From: Lama guanicoe
Lineage: Eukaryota
NCBI GenBank assembly: GCA_013239625.1
Contig: MU054098.1
Coordinates: forward strand, 2,481,104-2,545,103
Direction: 5' to 3'
Length of the DNA stretch: 64,000 bases
Position 1 is the first letter of the stretch. Every line of letters begins with the position of its first letter. Both the position numbers and the translations under genes were made by a program. The notes beneath the pieces were generated by a model, which saw nothing but the letters and a program-made list of their open reading frames with translations, was not told where the DNA came from and ran no database searches. Below are positions 24,241-37,665 of the stretch, in pieces.

Positions 24241-27200
24241 TGTGAGCTAGGTAAAGGTAGACATCATAATTTTGCAATAAATAAACTGAGTTGTGAGTTA
24301 TGTGGGTATTTAATGGACGAGCTGAGTCTGGAACCCAAGTCTCGACCACAGTTTTCCTATTTCCTTTTTCTGTTACCATAGTATGTGTCACAACTTTTTG
24401 CAGCTGCACACAAGCAGACTAATAATGTAATTCCCCATCATTGTCCTCTTCATTGCGTATCAGTTGATCTCCCTAAAGTATGTCTGGAAAAGGCAAGAAA
24501 GGATCACATTCCAACTGACCAATGTCATTGAACTTTTCCATGTGTGATATGCATATTTATCAGTTTGTTCTTTAAGTGTATGGTCTTAATTAGCCATCTA
24601 CTTAATGAAAACCGAATTACCTGTCCAAGTCTGGAAATGGGTTGCTCTAGCTCATCAAAGAGTCTAGCTAATAAAGAGGTTCTGAATTAGCTGAAACTGA
24701 TTTTTTTAAAGTAACATTTAGCACAGTGGTTACACTGAATACAAATTAAGCTTCTTTTGATGATTTGGTAGAAAACTGGGGAACCAAAGGGCCTCAGGGT
24801 CATAAGTGTACATATCAATTCTTACTACATTGGAAGACATACAAAAGAGCTGGGTGCTGATGGTTCCTCAATTGATGCGTTACTGGGTAGTAAGGATTTA
24901 TTTATGTGATGTGCCATCTTTTCTGGGCTGCCTCTATGTTCTGTATCTCCTGCCTAAAAGGGAAGGCCCCTATAACCCTGAATACCATAACTGAGACTAG
25001 TTAGACTGAGCATCTGCTAGGTGTAGAGCACAAGAAAGTTCAGTATATTGGGGTCTCTTATTTGGAGAGCCTCCTTAATTAGTGGCCATCTGTTCCCCCA
25101 TGAAGGACTGCAATTAGAGAAGCAATACATGAGCAGATACCTTAGTGAAAGACCTGCATGTGCTTGCCTTTCCTCCAAGATATCAGTGCTCAGGTGAATG
25201 CCAAGGTCATATTGGGCTATTTTTATTTTTCATAAAAAATGATTTGTGTCTAGAGGTGGGATAAAATAAGTCACTGATTGAATTATGTGGCAGACACAGG
25301 ACTTACTAACATCTGAATACTCCTTACCAAATGCGATTCAGCACAGATCTGCTGTTTTCATTGTCCCTGTATTTTCCAGTTGATTTTAGGCTCTGCATGA
25401 CAGTAATATAGGCTCCCTACAGCTTTGGGATCGATAAAAGAACTTAACGAGTCCCTCGGCTTTGTCGAAAGGATATGCACGTTTTTTTTTTCACTACAAA
25501 CATAAGTGAAAACTCCTATCACAATTATTCCTTAAGAGATAATAAAAGGTGTATTTTTCGTCTAAGCTGCCAACGAGGATTTACCGAGTTAGAAATCATC
25601 TCTGCTGCAATGTTCAAACCAGAAGTTTCTCTTTTCATGCAAAAGTAAAAATAAATGATAAAAGGGGCTCTACCCTGACACTTGCTGTCTACCTTAACTC
25701 CCCAATCTGCAGGACATATACGTGAAAGCCTTCAGAGTCCCAGGCATGAGTTATAAGGTGCTCATGAGATCAGAAACTGAGGTTGCAGGAATGAGATACA
25801 ACCCAATGATATGCTTAAACTATGGACCTCAGCTACCTAAAGCTATGGCTTAAATTTATTTCTCTGAAAGGTGCAATAATAGAGGTATCATTTTAGAACA
25901 GTAAAGTGGAACAAGAAGCACACTGTCAACTATCTCTGGCTTTGTAGTAACTTGAGCATTACTGTAAAAAGTGACCCTTCACCTTTCCCAAACTCACCTT
26001 ATAACCTCAGCAACATCACTTACCTATAACATAACTAAGAACCAGGAACAAAGCCAAGAGGGTATCTGAGCATCATACCCCTGCATTTTAATGCATGTGC
26101 TTCCCTCAAGGTGAGCCTAGACAGGACTTGATTTAGAATCTATACACTTGTATTTTACATATAACTCTAACCAAGTTTGGATATTTTATTTCCAATCCTA
26201 CCAAAGGTTAGCAACATCATGTCAAATGCTAGACAGTGGATGTTAAAACAAAAACAAGAGAATATTTATAGCAAGGAGAGAGAGAGAAAAAAACTAGCAA
26301 AAAGCTGACAAAATAACTCTCTGCAGGCTGGGAACATTTAGTGTTGGAGCAAACATTCTTATAGTCTGTAAAAGGCCCTGAGGGCATCAGTGAATACAGT
26401 ACAATGAGAAGCTGAAAATCATAGCATGGACCCTGAGTCATTAAGAAAAGATGAAATTATATTCAATATATTATGCTTAAGGAGGCAAGGAAGTGTGCAA
26501 TGCATTTTAGAAAATGTTTTATCCAAAATGTTTAAATTAAAAATTACTGGGAAAGCAAAGAGGTAAATTTGAACTTCAGAAAACTCTGCTATCCAGAAAG
26601 ATTCCTTTTTTAAGAGCTCCATGTGTTGTTGAGGTTTCACTCTACATCACTCTGACCTCATCTTTTATAGCCTTGGTCACCTCTTGGTGAAAGAAGATGA
26701 TGATTCTGCATCTTATACTCCTTTTTGCAGTGGAAAAGTACATGTTTCTGGTTTTGCCAAGTTTTTCAATTCTTGGAAGAAAGGGGGATCTTTATTTTTA
26801 ATTACACATTTTATATGCTTCTAAGGGGTCATAAAGTATCCTCATTCCTATATTAGCAGTGAATTTCCAGTAAAAAATCTGGTGCAAATATAAATACCCC
26901 CCAAAAAGTAATAGAAAATTACCCACAATGCATCTTTGCAGTAGAATGTTCATCCAATTCGACTACAAGGCAATTAGTGTGATTTCTCATCTGTATACTC
27001 AGCACTTAGTTTCCATTTCATCTGCAGCAACTGCAGCTTTGACAATTTATCTGACAGGCCCACAACCTACATTTTTTGAAAATGCTAAAGAAACAGAAGC
27101 TACCTATGTTTATAAGGTATAGTTCAGAGATTTTGGAAAAGGGTAAGAACAATAGGCCCAGAGCAGAGGGAGCGAGAATTGAGATAAAGAGGATATTGTA

Positions 27201-28772
27201 TGGCTTAGTTGTAAGGACTTAAAAAGTACCTCTAAGGGAGGGCAATGCTGCAGGGAAGATTTAGTGGGGCGGGGTGGGGGGAGATAAGGTTAAGATGGTT
27301 AAAAAAACTGTCATGAATTTCCCAAAAAATAAACTGATGATTCCAGAGGAAGTAGCCAGTGCAAGCCAGATAGAACAAATCTGATTAACATTTTTTGCTT
27401 ACTTTGTGATGGCAGTGGTGGGGAGAGGAGTTAAAGAAGCAACATGAGTAGCCTTTGAGTGGATCTGGGACTTCAGTGTTAAGGAGTCCAGACTAGGAAA
27501 GGTAAGTGAACTGCAAAAAGTGTTAAGTATGGACTGAGAGAAGATCAATAAGGTAAACCAAGATACCAGAGGTATTACCTAGTATGGTGGGAAAAGATTC
27601 CCACCACCCATCAACATTCAAGTGCCCATGTGTATCCACTAGGCCTAAGTCTAAGCAAGGAGTCCTATGTGGGGAAGGCATGCAGAAACCAGGGTTCTTT
27701 TTAAGATCTCAGGAAAAAAGTATCTGTTGTGGGCACAAGTTATAGCCTTCTTAAGCCAAGCCTTCCAGAAAAAGTCCTGGATTCAGGTGGCCCAGGTGAA
27801 ACTTTGTTGCTGAGAGTGACATAAGCAAAATGTTGGGATAGGCAGTTTCAAACTCCTGTGCCTCCTCAGAAACATTGAAACATTGAAAAAGCAGAAATAG
27901 TCACAATCAACTTTGTCAGAAATCAGGAAAACAGTCAATGATTTACAGAAACCAAGACAGAAAATCAACTTCCACATGGTAGGAAAACTATGTGGCTTTT
28001 TCACTTGATCTTGCCCCACCCCCTCCCCAGCTCAGCAGTGGTTTTGAAGACAGCAACTTCCATACCTTGTTGTGAGACCCTAGTCCCTGGTTCTAGAGGG
28101 AGCAAAGCAGACATTATCTGAGACTTATTGTGTTTATTTGTTCTCAAGTGTCTAGGCGTTCCCTGAATGACTGATGCAAGGCACTTGTTGCTGTTTCACC
28201 TAACTCAGAAATCACTCAGCGCAGAAAAATGGTGGACTTAGCTCAAAACCATTTTAAGGCAAATGAAAAACTTGCACTCACCTGGGGAAAAGATTATGGT
28301 TGTGACAAACAATAGACTGTTGAAAGCCTGAAAGGATATTTGGGGAGATTTTTTTGAAAGTAGGACATTCCAAAGCACCTATGTATACTGGGGAATTTAG
28401 AAAGCCATACACATTCCGAGGGTAGGACACATGTTCAGATAAGACCTTAAAAGACCCTAGGCTTTCACCTCTGGCTGATCCCTGAGCTCAGTGTAAGCAG
28501 GAAATGAAGGCTAAGCTAGAGCTATAAACAGTCTAACTAAGTTTTGAAGGAGTGTCCTAGCACAGGACCAGTCTTCAAAGACTGGGAAAGGTGGATTTTT
28601 GGCTCTTTAAAAATATTGGGGTATGTGTGTGTATGTATTCTGGAGTTCAAGGAAACCTCTGTCAAAACATTAGTTGAATACTAGCTAAAGGAACAGAGAC
28701 TGTACTGAACAGACATGACACAGAATACAGTCTTTATAAAAATAGTTTGGAAAAGTCATTAAACAAATGGAC

Positions 28773-29023
28773 CCTAGTGAATATAACAAAAAAGAAGCAG
28801 ACTCATACATATAGAGTACAAACTATACTCTATATCTGTGAGTTACCAGTGTAGGGCAGAGGGAAAATATAGGATTGGTGGAGTGGAAGGTGCAACTATT
28901 GGGTGAAAGATAGGCTCAAGGATGTATTGTACAACATGAAGGATATAGCTAATATTTTACAATAACTGTAAATGGAAAGTAACCTTTCAAAAGTGTATGA
29001 ATTTTTTTTTTAATTTTAAACAC
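28773..29023 (+). mobile_element. Nested short artiodactyl-type L1 3' end
   Basis: aaaaaagaagcagactc...ggatgtattgtacaacatg...aataactgtaaatggaaagtaaccttt. Exact 10-bp TSD acaaatggac at 28763-28772 and 29024-29033. Confidence 0.85.
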
Positions 29024-29219
29024 ACAAATGGACAACTATGGCCTTCCACAATCAAAAAGAGCACATCCTGGAGAAGGGGAATAATTTGATTTTCAGAGAT
29101 ACGTAACATTATAATATTCAATGCCCAGTTTTTCAACAAAAAGTCACAAGGCATACAAAGTATGGACCATTCACTGGGGAAAGGAAGTAGACAGAAACCA
29201 ATCCTGAGGGAGTCCATTG

Positions 29220-31520
29220 TTAAAGAGAGAAATTCATAATTGTAAGCTCCTACATTTAAAAAAAAAAAAGAAAGAAAAGGCTCAAATCAAAACATAGTTT
29301 TATGCCTTAAAGAACTAGAAAAATAAGAGCAAAGTAAATGCATATCGAGCAGAGAAAAGGAAATAATAATGACTAGGGATAAACAAAGAGGAAATAGTAA
29401 TGATTAGAGTACAAATAAACAAAATACAAAATAGAGAACAGAAAAATAATAGAATCAAAGAACTCAAAAGTTGGTTCTTTGAAAAGATCAACAATACTGA
29501 CAAACCTTTAGGTAAACTTACAAAGAAAAAGTGAGAGAAAATGCAAAGAACTAAAATCAGAAATGAAAATGGGAGATATTACTACCAACCTTAAACAAAT
29601 AACAGGGATTATGAGACAATGCCATGAACTATGTCACAGCAAATTAGATGACCTGGATGAAATAGACAAATTTCTAGAAACGTACAAATTACCAAAACTG
29701 ACTGAAGAAGAAATAGAAATTCTGAACAGTAAATGCATTGAATCTGTAATAAAACAAAGTAAAAGATCTCAGCAAAGAAAAATTCAGGACCTGAAGACTT
29801 CACTGGTGAATTCTGCCACACATTTAGAAAGTAATTAGCAAGAATTTAAACTTCTCAAAAAAAAAAAGAGGAGAGAAAACTCCCTAACTTATTGTATGAG
29901 GCTAGCATTACCCTGATAAAGAAAGAAAAACACTATAGAATAAATGTCTTATGAACAATATATCTTATAGAACAATGTATCTTATATATGCAAAAACCCT
30001 CAACAAAATACTAGCAAATTGACTACAACACCAAATTAAAAGGATTACATACTATGACCAGGTGGAATTTATCCCAGAAATACAAGAATTGTTCAACATA
30101 AGAAAATCCATCAATGTAAAACATAACATTAAAAGAAGGAGAAAAACCACATTATCATCTCAGTTGATGCAGAAAAAGCTAGTAGACAAATTCAGCAAAA
30201 TTTCAGGATACAAAATCAACATACAAAAATCAGTTGTGTTTCTATACACCAGCAATGAAGAATCCAAAAAGAAAATTAGAAAAATAATTCCATTTACTAT
30301 AGTGGTCAAAAGAATAAAATATCTAGGAATAAATGTAACCAAGAAAGTGAAAGATATATACTGAAAACCGTAAGACACTGATGAATGAAATTGAAGATGA
30401 TACATATAAATGGAAGGATATCCCATGTTCATGGATTAGAAAGATTAATATTGTTAAAATGTCCATACTACTCAAATCAATCTACAAATTTAATGCAATC
30501 TCTATTAAAATACTCATCACATTTTTCACAGAACTATAACAAATAATACTAAAATTTGTAAGGAACTACAAAAGACTGAGAATAGCCAAAGCAATCTTGA
30601 GAAAAAAAAGAACAGAGCTGGAGGTATCATGCTCACTGACTTCTGATTATACTATAAAGCTGTAAAGCTACAGTAATCAAAACACTATGATACTGGCATA
30701 AAAACAGACACATATATCAGGGAAACAAAATAGAGTACCCAGAAATAAACCCTCTCACATGTAACCAATTAATCTATGACAAAGGATGCAAAAATATACA
30801 AAGACAGTTTCTTCAAATATGCAGTGTTGAGAAAACTGGACAGCTACCTGTAAAAGAATGAAATTAGAACATTTTCTCATACCATACACAGAAGTAAACT
30901 CAAAATGGATTAATGACCTAAATGTAAGACTGGAATCCATACAATTTCTTGAAGAAAACATAGGCAGTACACTCTAACATGTCTTATCAGTTTTTTTGGA
31001 TCTGTTTGCCTCAGGCAAGGGAAACAAAAGCAAAAAGTAAACAAATGGGACCTAGTTAGACTTAAAGGCTTTGCATAGTGAAGGAAACCATCAACAAAGT
31101 AAAAGACAATCTACTGAACAAGAAGGTATTTCCAAATGATATATCTGATAAGGGGTTAATATCAAAATATATAAATATCACATACAACTCAATGTCAAAA
31201 AAACAAACAGCCTGTTTTAAAAATGGGCAAAAGACCTGAAAAGACGTTTTTCCAAAGAAGATGTACAGATGGCCAATAGGCACATGAAATGATGCTCACC
31301 ATTGCTAACCATCAGAGAAATGCAAATTAAAACCTCAGTGAGGTATTACCTCACATTTGTCAGAATGGCTATCATCAAAAAGCACCCAAATAACAAAAGT
31401 TGGCGAGGATGTAGAGAAAAGGGAACCCTTGTACACTGTTGGTGGGAATGTAAATTTGTGCAACCACTGTGGAAAACAGTACGGAAGTTCCTCAAGAAAT
31501 TAAAAAATAAAACTATGACA
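29220..31520 (+). pseudogene. Decayed LINE-1 ORF2 (frameshifted; reverse-transcriptase core missing)
   Basis: ORF-track peptides [70 protein letters not shown] and IREMQIKT...[14 protein letters not shown] are L1 ORF2 motifs. Confidence 0.92.
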
Positions 31521-32168
31521 TGATCCAACAATTCCACTCCTGGGTATGTACCTGAAGAAAATGAAAACATACATGCAATCTGATGTTCAGAGCAGCATTA
31601 TTTACAATAGTCAAGATATGGAAGCTACCTAAGTGTCTATCAATAGGTTAATGGATAAAGAAGATGTGATATTATACACACACACACACACACATATACA
31701 TATACATATATAATGGAATATTACTTAGCCATAAAAATGAATGAAATATTGCTATTTGCAACATGTATGTACATGGAGTATATTATGCTTAGTGAACTAA
31801 GTGAGACAGAGAAAGACAAATACTGTGTTTCATTTATATGTGGAATCTAAAAAATAAAACCAATGAATGGATATAACAGAAACTGACTCATAGATACAGA
31901 GAACAAACTAGTGGTTACCAGTGGGGAGAGTGGTGAGAGGAGCATCAAGATAGGGGAAAGGGATTATGAGGTTCGAACTACTATGTATAAAATAGGTAAG
32001 ACACAAGGATGTAATCTACAGCACAAGGAATATAGCCAAAATTTTATAATAACTTTAGATGGAATATAATCTGTAAAAATGTTGAACTACTGTGTTGTAC
32101 ATCTGAAACTAATAAACATTGTAAATCAACTATATGTCAATAAAAATGGAAAAAAGTAAATTAAAAAA
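30181..32168 (+). mobile_element. Probable second, younger L1 (ORF2 3' half and artiodactyl-type 3' UTR) within the older L1; 5' boundary uncertain
   Basis: It has its own 3' terminus (ctgaaactaataaacattgtaaatcaactatatgtcaataaaaa, about 32102-32146). The same ORF2 C-terminal region recurs at 32350-33110 with a different 3' UTR. Confidence 0.7.
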
Positions 32169-34214
32169 TATTGTACTACTTCATGGATAAAATAAGTATT
32201 TTGCAGCAGTACAATTCCATTTATACTCTGGCCCTTTTTGTGGTATTATTTTCATATGTTACATAGAATTTTCATACTGGTACATATATTATAACCCTCC
32301 ACAATAAATTATTTGCCTTAACTATCAAAAATGAACAAATAAATTAATAAATAAATAAACCATCTATGGCCAATTGATTTTTGACATGATACCAAGGACA
32401 TTCAATGGAAAAAGAATAGTCTTTTCAACAAATGTTGCTGGGACAACTAGACATCCACATGAAAAAGAATGAAGTTGGACCTTTATTTCATACCACATAT
32501 AAAAATTAACTCAACATAGATCAGCAACCTAAGCATAAGGCCTAAAACCATAAAAATTTATACAATAACAGGGGTAGATCTTCATGACCTTGACTTTCAC
32601 AATGGTTTCTTAGATATGAGAAAAAAATATAAGCAATAAAAGAAAAAAATGGATATTGGACTTCATCAAATTTAAAGACATATGTCATCAAAGGCCAATA
32701 TTAAAAAACTGAAAAGATAATCTACAGAATTAGGGAAAGTGTTTATAAATCATACATCTAATAAGGGCTTTATATCCAGAATATATAAAGAACTTTTGCA
32801 AGTCAACAACAAAAAGATAAAAATTCAATTAATGAGCAAAGGACCAAAGGTCTTGAATACACATTTCTCCAAGGAAGATAAATAAATGGCCAACAAGCAC
32901 ATGAAAAGTTGCTTAACATCAAGTCATTAGGGAAATGAAATTCAAAACCACAATGAGGGATTCACAGCCACTAGGATGTCTTATAATATAAAAAGAATCA
33001 CTAACATTGACAAAGATGTAGAGAAATTGGAACTCTTGTACATTGCTGATGAGAATGTAAAATGGATCAGCCATTTTGGAAAATGGTTTGGCGGTTCCTT
33101 GAAAAATTAAAGAGAGTAGAATGGCAATACATACCTGAATTCCATTCTGAGGTATATACCCAAAATAATTGAAAGAAGGTCCCAAAGCAAGTATATGTAC
33201 ACACATGTTCATAGCAGCATTATTCACAATAGTCAGTAGATGGAAACAGCTCAAATGTCCATCAGTAGATTTTATGGATAGAGAAATTGTGGTATATACA
33301 TACAATAGAATATCATTTGTCCATAAAAAAGCAATGAAGTACTTATTAATGCTACAATGTGGATGAATTGAAAACATTATGCTAAGTGAAAGAGGCCAGA
33401 CCAGAGGGGAAAAAAAGGGGTACTCCATTTGTATGAAATATCCAGAAAAGGTAAATTCATTGAGATAGAATGCAGATTGGTGTTTGCCAGGGGCTGGGGT
33501 CGAGTTGGGGGATGCGAATGAGGAGAAATTACTTCATGAATTAGATTTACTCAGTAGTCATGGAAGTGTTACAGAACTAGATTAATGTATAAGTTGCTCA
33601 ATATCGTGAATGTGTTAAATGCCACGGAATTGCTCACTTCAAAATGGTTAATTTTATGTTATGTAAATTTTAGCTCAATAAATATTTTTAAACTTTGTTG
33701 GTGCTCAGTACATGTTTTAAATGTTAATCTTCTAAATAGTTTACCCCTATTAACATAATTAAGAATACACAAGCTTTAGCAAACTGAAAGCAAAATTAGC
33801 CAATTAGCAGGTGCAGGAATTGGAAACAGGAGGTTGTAGAAAATGCTCACATAAAATGACAATAAAAACACCATCTGACTCATAGCCAAAATGACATTCC
33901 CAGTTCCCAGTCCTTGATTTGACTAGAAGCAGGAGAGGTATATTCAGACTTTTTATCCAAGGCAGGGACAGGAAGAAACAGGAAATAATTATTCAAGTCC
34001 ATGTTCCAGGGAACTGTGCTTTCTGCATTTTTTCTTTCTGGAGAAGATGGTAGATAGTGTTTATTCTACTGTAGGGAAACCTTCAGAGAGGGGAAGCCAG
34101 GATTGAGAGATAACTGAGCAAGACTGAGATTTCTTAGCTTGTCCAGACACTTGTAGAAGACAATAATTGTGTTTTAAGTGAAGATTGAGTATTATAGAAT
34201 AGACCTGATATAGA

Positions 34215-34422
34215 ATAGAGTAAAGTAGACCTGAGTTCAAATCCTAACTCTGCCCCTTAATAGTCAGGTGATCTCGTGTTATTTACTCTGTCATTTCAAA
34301 CATGTTTTCCCTTCTCTTAAATGTGAATATATAACTCTAAAAGATTGTTGTGAAGATTAAGTGAGATAGATACAAAATACCCAGCACAACGCCTGGCACA
34401 TAGTAGGTACCTGATGCTAGTT
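34215..34422 (+). mobile_element. MIR SINE
   Basis: agacctgagttcaaatcctaactctgcccctta...gattgttgtgaagattaagtgagata...gcctggcacatagtaggtac. Confidence 0.82.
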
Positions 34423-34834
34423 ACTTTTCTTCAACCAAATTATAGATGCCTTCTTACTCCCACTTATTTTTTTCCTCTCATAAAAAGAAATTAGAGTTGG
34501 TTGATGAAGAAGGATAATAAACCAAAACTACAATTACAAAAGATACCAAAAACACTTATGTCAGGTAATAAAGGAGAGTATTCAAACCTATGCTTTTTCA
34601 CCTGGTGAAAAATTGTGCACGAGGAGGGATAAAAGCCAATTCCTTGAGAAATCAGCAGAATGACAGAAAAAGGCTTCTGGACAATTTCACCCCAGAATCC
34701 TTGTATTTCCTATTGGCCCCATAAGAAAACAAAGGACAGCTGGGCTAATGGATGAATGACAATGAAATCATTTGAACAGGGAGAGTAATAGTTCTCTTAT
34801 CCTCAGGAGGCTCCGGGGATTCAGAATGTTATAG

Positions 34835-35065
34835 TTACTGACAAGAATGTGGGTATAAATTTGTATAGATGTTGATTCAATTCCCAGATCTCCCACTCAC
34901 TAGCTATGGACCTTACACAAGTCACTTTCCTTTTCTGAAGTTTGGAGTTCTTATTTAGAATTAATAATACTTACCCTGTAAGAGTGTTGTGTGTACTACA
35001 CAAAATAATACGTGTGAAGTGCTTAGCACAATGCTGAGCACATAATCAATAATCCGTAAATGTTC
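34835..35065 (+). mobile_element. MIR SINE
   Basis: ttcaattcccagatctcccactcactagctatg...gtgaagtgcttagcacaatgctgagcacata. Confidence 0.75.
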
Positions 35066-37552
35066 ATTCCCTTCCTCTTCCCAGCACGTAAAATTCTACC
35101 CTATTTTACAGAAAGGGACTCCTTTTAAAGATGAGGTTGTCATTGAAAATGAATCATTATCTCTACCTTTCTTTTCTTTCAAATAATCATTTAAGGGTCC
35201 CCTATGTTAGGTTATGTAGGTCCCTATCAATCTGGCTCAATTTAAAAGTTGAGAGACAAGAAGTTTTTGTTGGTGGAAAGTACAACAAATTAAAAGCTAG
35301 AAGCACTGAGTTCAGCCCCAGCTTTTCCACTAACACACCATCTTTCTGGGCCTATGTTCCCATACAGGGAATGAGTGTGGGCTTGAGTATCCCTTACACT
35401 TTTACACTCACATGCAACTAATCACTAAAGCTGAAGGACAAATCACAACCTTTGCTAGTAAGAAGAGTCATGGACATGTGGCTATTTGAGAGACTTCAAG
35501 TGGTCAACTAGTTTATTTAATGTTATAATGACTTAAGCCCAGAACCTAGGATGGAGATCACATATACTTCCTTGTTGGCTTTTTCTAAGATTTATTCTCT
35601 CTGAAAGTAAGCCTCTGTAATTTATATGCAGAGAATAAATACAGTATGCAAATAACATGGGTATATAATAGTCACTATGTTGATGTAATGAATCAACCTA
35701 TATTCAGAGATATGATGATGAATTCTTTGGTATGGAATGATTTTTAAACAATCATAAAAGGGGACCTAGAAAAGAGAATTTTGTTATTTAGTCTGAAATA
35801 CCAACATAGTCTACTTTCAGGGCTGAGAGCATTTTCTATTTTTAAACCTACTTAGTTAACCTTTGATCCCTGTGCTTTGAAAGATGAGACACAACAGGAC
35901 TTGCAAAGCTTCACAAATATGTATGCATGTGTGCACATACACATGCACTCCTCTTCTAAAGGAGACAAAGCCTATCTCTCAAATCGTATCAGTTAGATGT
36001 GATTCCAAGGAGACTTGAATCATCTTTACCTAGTAAATCAAGCGATCTACCAATACTACCAAGGGTAGAGCTTCTAGGAGGCTAAAACAGGGAAGGTTAA
36101 AGAGCAAATTCAAAGTCTCAAGTTCAAGGACAGAATGTGATAACACTGCCTCCAACTCCCTCACCTAGGAAATAGGCAAAAACTCCTTTGGACTATTGAA
36201 CAGAAGACTAAATGCCTCAGGGGAGTTCATCCTCCTCCTTGACCCACTTATCTTAATGTAGCACCTTTTCTCCACAGGTAATATGAAATCTAGAAACCCC
36301 ATGTCATACATGATTGCTGCCCTCAAGAAGCTTGCAGTCTAGCCAAGACCCCACACATGTACATAGAAGCATATACAGAGGCTGGAAAGGGTCTTTAGAG
36401 ACCATCTAGTTCAGTGGTTTTCACACACCTTCATAGAGCTTTCAGGGTTTCACAGAAAGGCCTCAAGTTGACATTAAGAAGGGGGTTTAGGGGGATTTTT
36501 TTGCATCCAGAAGACTCTAGATCCACAGTCTTTTTTTTAAAAGAAACTCCCTTTTTGCCCCAATTTTGTATACTGAAATTCTACAGATTTAGAAAGGTTT
36601 CCATAACTAAAAGAAAGACTAACAACCACAGCTCGGATCCAAATTTTTCATTTCAAAGATGAAGAACTGGAGGTCCAGATGGGTCCAGCAATCCATCCAA
36701 GGTTTTTCTACAAGTGTTTAGCCAAGTCATGAAGTGTTGAAGAAAGGAGAATACATACTACCCTATAATATTTCTGCTGCTGTCAAGTGTCAAATTAAGT
36801 GCTGGAGAAAAATGACATGGGTGGGCACAATCACAGGGGGCTTTGGTGGATAAGGACTGCTTTCTAGGGGAGGTTGGACTTAAACGAGGTAATGGCCTGT
36901 AGGGAGGGTTTCAAGAGTTGGAAGAAGGAGGGTGTCCTGGCAGAGGTGCAGTCTGAGTAGAGGTGCAGGGACACTGATGCATTGAGAACATTATTCCAGC
37001 CATTCCTTGTGGACCTATGTCTCCTGCTCACAAAACTTTTTGATTCCTATTCTGACAACATCTTTTCCTACTGACCCTTTCATAATGGTGTCAGTACTGG
37101 AGGATTCTTGGATTCAGCTTTGATATGAGCTCTGATAAGCTGTAGCTTCAGCAGTTGGCATGATCAGTTAATTCTTGCTTTTGTCTCCAACAGCAAGCTT
37201 GGAAATAAAATATCAAGTCTTATCCCATACACTGAAATACCATAATTTACAGGGCTTTTTGATTATGTGTGACTAGATGTTTTCATAATATCTGGGTACC
37301 CATTTCCTGCACATAATTCTGTTGAATTGTCATGATCACAAAAAACATTCTTCCTGGAAGACATTTTATCTCTATTTCTATTTAAAAGACACAAAAGAAA
37401 GCAAGGGATTCATGTTGCCTTTGATATTATTCGCATCAGAGAAGATTACAATAAACTGATCTTGGTTAAAATAAAAAAAAAAACTGGGCAGTAGCTCATT
37501 AACAATGATTGAGTTGCTTGACTTTATATGGAGCAGCCAATGTGGAAGGGCA

Positions 37553-37613
37553 GGTATATTATAAAAACAAAAACAGTAAGACAGTAGGATGTGTATATGT
37601 ATGTGAGTTTGTG

Positions 37614-37665
<52 letters not shown>

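Larger units (their letters stand above)
27813..33689 (+). mobile_element. Originally full-length old L1 (L1MB/L1M3-4-like), internally deleted and carrying nested insertions
   Basis: Starts with gagtgacataagcaaaatg (L1M-type 5' end) and ends with aattttatgttatgtaaattttagctcaataaa. Flanked by aaactttgttg(c/g)tg at 27799-27812 and 33690-33703. Confidence 0.8.

Noticed and set aside
32919..33428. 169-aa hydrophobic ORF
   Set aside because: It is the antisense reading of an L1 ORF2 end and 3' UTR.
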